In this document: positions 53,022 to 55,442 of the stretch, one piece after another
Position numbering within the stretch: position 1 is the stretch's first letter
How the letters are laid out: each line of letters begins with the position of its first letter
Origin: a virus
Taxonomy: Duplodnaviria; Caudoviricetes
Direction: 5' to 3' (one strand)
Length of the DNA stretch: 55,442 bases
IMG/VR virus record: IMGVR_UViG_3300009159_000086
Location: 1-55,442 of that record
Notes under the pieces: generated by a model
What the model was told of the DNA's origin: nothing
What the model saw: only the letters and a program-made list of their open reading frames with translations
Databases searched by the model: none
Made by a program: the position numbers and the translations under genes

Positions 53022-54026
53022 ATGTCTACTATCACTGATCATAAATATGCGAACATGATTTCTCACAAGCTTCTGCTGTTTAAGCGGAAGTCTGAGAGGG
53101 TCTATAATTTCCGCTGCCCGTTCTGTGGCGATTCACAAAAGAACAAATTGAAAACCCGTGGTTATCTGTTCGAGAAATCGGGCGGACTAATATATAAGTG
53201 TCATAATTGCGATGTCGGTACTAATCTTTATAAACTTATTGAGCTCGTTGATCCTAGTCTTGCCAAAGCGTACAGATTAGAATCATACAAAGATAAAGTC
53301 GAAGCTGGTAAGACAGACGACTTTATTATCCCAAAAACTGAAGCTCCGCGTCCTAAAATCATTCTAGACGAAATGTTGCCGAGGCTCGATGAGCTTCCAG
53401 CAACACATCGTGCTGTCGAGTATGCCAAAGGTCGTAAGATTCCTAAGGAACGCTGGAACGATCTTTACTACGCACGCGACATGAAGGTGCTAGAAAAACT
53501 TAATCCTGCATATGAAGGACGTATCGTTTCTGATGAGCGTCTTGTTATACCATTTCGTCGTGAAGATGGTTTGCTTACTGGCGTCAGTGGTCGCGCCATG
53601 GGTAACTCGTCATTGCGATATGTAACTATTCGTATCACAGATGATCCTTTGATCTATGGTCTCGATCGCGTATCTCGCGGGAAAACTATATATGTTGTAG
53701 AAGGACCTATCGACAGTATGTTCCTTGATAATGCCATTGCGGCTGGGGGAACGGACTTCGCACGAGCCCTATATAATGTTTCTGGTGAAGAAGTCGTATT
53801 AATCTTCGATAATCAACCAAGAAATAAGCAAGTCGTAAAGCGTGTAGAATCTTTTGTGCCTCGTGGTCATGGAATGGTTATCTGGAATTCTTCGTGGACA
53901 TATAAAGATATTAATGATGCTATTATGTCGGGTCTCAACAGTTCGCAAGTTGAGTATCTGCTAAATAAATCCACGTTTAAGGGCTTAGCTCTTAAGCTTG
54001 CAATCCGAGACTGGAAAAAGTGCTAA
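53022..54026 (+). CDS. g61: DNA primase gp61
   Basis: FRCPFCGDS...CHNC zinc finger, VEGPIDS, FDNQPRN, KDIND (Toprim). Confidence 0.97.
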   Translation: MSTITDHKYANMISHKLLLFKRKSERVYNFRCPFCGDSQKNKLKTRGYLFEKSGGLIYKCHNCDVGTNLYKLIELVDPSLAKAYRLESYKDKVEAGKTDDFIIPKTEAPRPKIILDEMLPRLDELPATHRAVEYAKGRKIPKERWNDLYYARDMKVLEKLNPAYEGRIVSDERLVIPFRREDGLLTGVSGRAMGNSSLRYVTIRITDDPLIYGLDRVSRGKTIYVVEGPIDSMFLDNAIAAGGTDFARALYNVSGEEVVLIFDNQPRNKQVVKRVESFVPRGHGMVIWNSSWTYKDINDAIMSGLNSSQVEYLLNKSTFKGLALKLAIRDWKKC

Positions 54027-54085
54027 CGTATGACGCAATGTCTGCGAACGATAAAGAACGTCTAAAGAAAAGAAACGGAGTACCT

Positions 54086-55442
54086 ATGTCGAATTCTCTA
54101 CCAACCCTTTACCAAGAATTTATTCACTTATCAAGATATTCAAGATTTTTATGGAACGAGGGTCGTAGAGAAAGTTGGCAAGAAACTATAGGTCGTTTCT
54201 TTGATTTCTTTGAAGGTCATCTCAAGGAAAACCATAGCTATGATATCACTGCGTTGCGTGCTGAACTCGAAGACGCAGTACTATCTCAGAAGGTGATGCC
54301 TTCTATGCGTTGCGTCATGACTGCGGGTGAAGCGCTCAAGCGCGAAAACATCGCAGCTTATAACTGCTCGTATGTCGCAGTTAATAGCCCACGTTCATTC
54401 GACGAAATCCTTTATATTCTCATGAACGGAACAGGCGTTGGTTTTTCTGTCGAGTCAAAGGACGTAGAGCAACTTCCTATTGTATCGGAAGATTTTCATA
54501 AGTCCGACACGACTATTGTTGTGGCAGATTCTAAGCTTGGTTGGGCTAAGTCGCTTAAAGAATTGATTGGAATGCTTTATGTTGGGCAGATTCCGCGTTG
54601 GGATTTGAGCAAGATTCGCCCAGCTGGTGCTCCTCTTAAGACGTTCGGTGGTCGTGCTTCCGGACCAGAACCTCTTGATGCGCTATTCAAGTTTTGCATT
54701 GAAGTGTTCAAGAAAGCTGCTGGTCGTCGTCTAAACACATTGGAGTGTCATGACATTGTTTGTAAAATCGCTGACATCGTTGTTGTGGGTGGCGTCCGTC
54801 GTTCCGCTCTTATTAGCCTATCTGATCTTTCGGATGATCGTATGCGCGTGGCAAAATCTGGTCAGTGGTGGATGGATCAGTCGCAGAGGGCACTAGCTAA
54901 TAACTCCGCTATCTATAAGGAAAAGCCAGATATCGGTTTGTTCATGGAAGAGTGGAAGTCACTCTATGAATCTAAGTCGGGCGAGCGTGGTATTTTCAAT
55001 CGCGCGAGCGCGAAGGCTACTGTTATCAAGCATGGTCGTCGTGATCCTAACTATGACTTTGGCACTAATCCTTGCTCCGAGATTATTTTGCGCGATAAGG
55101 AGTTCTGTAATCTGTCAGAAGTTGTTATCCGTGAAACAGACACGATGGAAACTCTTAAGGAAAAGGTCTACTGGGCTACCATTCTTGGTACATGGCAGTC
55201 AACACTAACTGGATTTAAATATCTATCATCATCTTGGAAGCGCAACTGTGAAGAAGAGCGTTTGCTCGGTGTGTCAATGACAGGAATCATGGATAATGAC
55301 CTCACAAATGGAAAACTCTCAGGAATTGAAGGCCGCTTGGCAGAGCTTCGTGAAATTGCAGTCGCCACGAATGCAAAGTTTGCTAAAGAATTGGGTATTC
55401 CGCAATCTGCTGCTGTTACCTGTGTTAAGCCTTCTGGGACTG
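54086..55442 (+). CDS. nrdJ: Class II (adenosylcobalamin-dependent, RTPR-type) ribonucleotide reductase, 3'-truncated; not in ORF track
   Basis: Translated from ATG 54086: YQEFIHLSRYSR, VMPSMR, YNCSY, GTGVGFSVE, GGRASGP, VVGGVRRSA, GTNPCSEI, VKPSGT. Confidence 0.92.
   Translation, partial: MSNSLPTLYQEFIHLSRYSRFLWNEGRRESWQETIGRFFDFFEGHLKENHSYDITALRAELEDAVLSQKVMPSMRCVMTAGEALKRENIAAYNCSYVAVNSPRSFDEILYILMNGTGVGFSVESKDVEQLPIVSEDFHKSDTTIVVADSKLGWAKSLKELIGMLYVGQIPRWDLSKIRPAGAPLKTFGGRASGPEPLDALFKFCIEVFKKAAGRRLNTLECHDIVCKIADIVVVGGVRRSALISLSDLSDDRMRVAKSGQWWMDQSQRALANNSAIYKEKPDIGLFMEEWKSLYESKSGERGIFNRASAKATVIKHGRRDPNYDFGTNPCSEIILRDKEFCNLSEVVIRETDTMETLKEKVYWATILGTWQSTLTGFKYLSSSWKRNCEEERLLGVSMTGIMDNDLTNGKLSGIEGRLAELREIAVATNAKFAKELGIPQSAAVTCVKPSGT

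Noticed and set aside
54027-54085. Cobalamin or c-di-GMP riboswitch before nrdJ (GACGCAA...GTCTAA)
   Set aside because: Only ~60 nt, no B12 box and no P1/GNRA arm; resemblance is fragmentary.
1-55442. Alternative genetic code / stop-codon reassignment
   Set aside because: All core genes are full length under the standard bacterial code with dense coding.

Overview
A 55-kb segment of a T4-like (Tevenvirus/Kyanoviridae/phiM12-type) myophage genome, with essentially all genes on the + strand. Order: tail-fibre/virion accessory cassette; head genes (g67/g68-like, g21, g22, g23); g3; uvsY, uvsW, g55, g47, g46; peptide deformylase; a DruA/DUF4338-like gene; an early island driven by repeated sigma70-consensus promoters (small ORFs, vWA/metallopeptidase + MoxR/CobS ATPase); ribosomal protein bS21; g45, g44, [glycosyltransferase, GIY-YIG, Zn-finger insert], g62, regA; hsp20; DUF1127; GH19 endolysin + holin; g43, uvsX, g41; rlpA; a late block of probable capsid-internal proteins (ligase-like KxDG protein, HxxH nucleotidyltransferase polyprotein, Dps); spanins; g61 primase; and the start of a B12-dependent class II RNR. 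The host is Gram-negative and, by inference, probably an alphaproteobacterium. The most unusual signals are regulatory: (i) a tandem covarying RNA hairpin filling the 5' UTR of the ligase-like/nucleotidyltransferase operon, (ii) a 55-bp antisense-promoter element duplicated 31 kb apart behind two late genes, (iii) many promoters whose predicted +1 falls on an ATG (leaderless mRNAs) in a phage that also encodes bS21, deformylase and RegA, and (iv) a ROSE-like thermometer on hsp20. No tRNA, CRISPR array, intron or intein was recognised. All family assignments are by eye from motifs; no searches were run.
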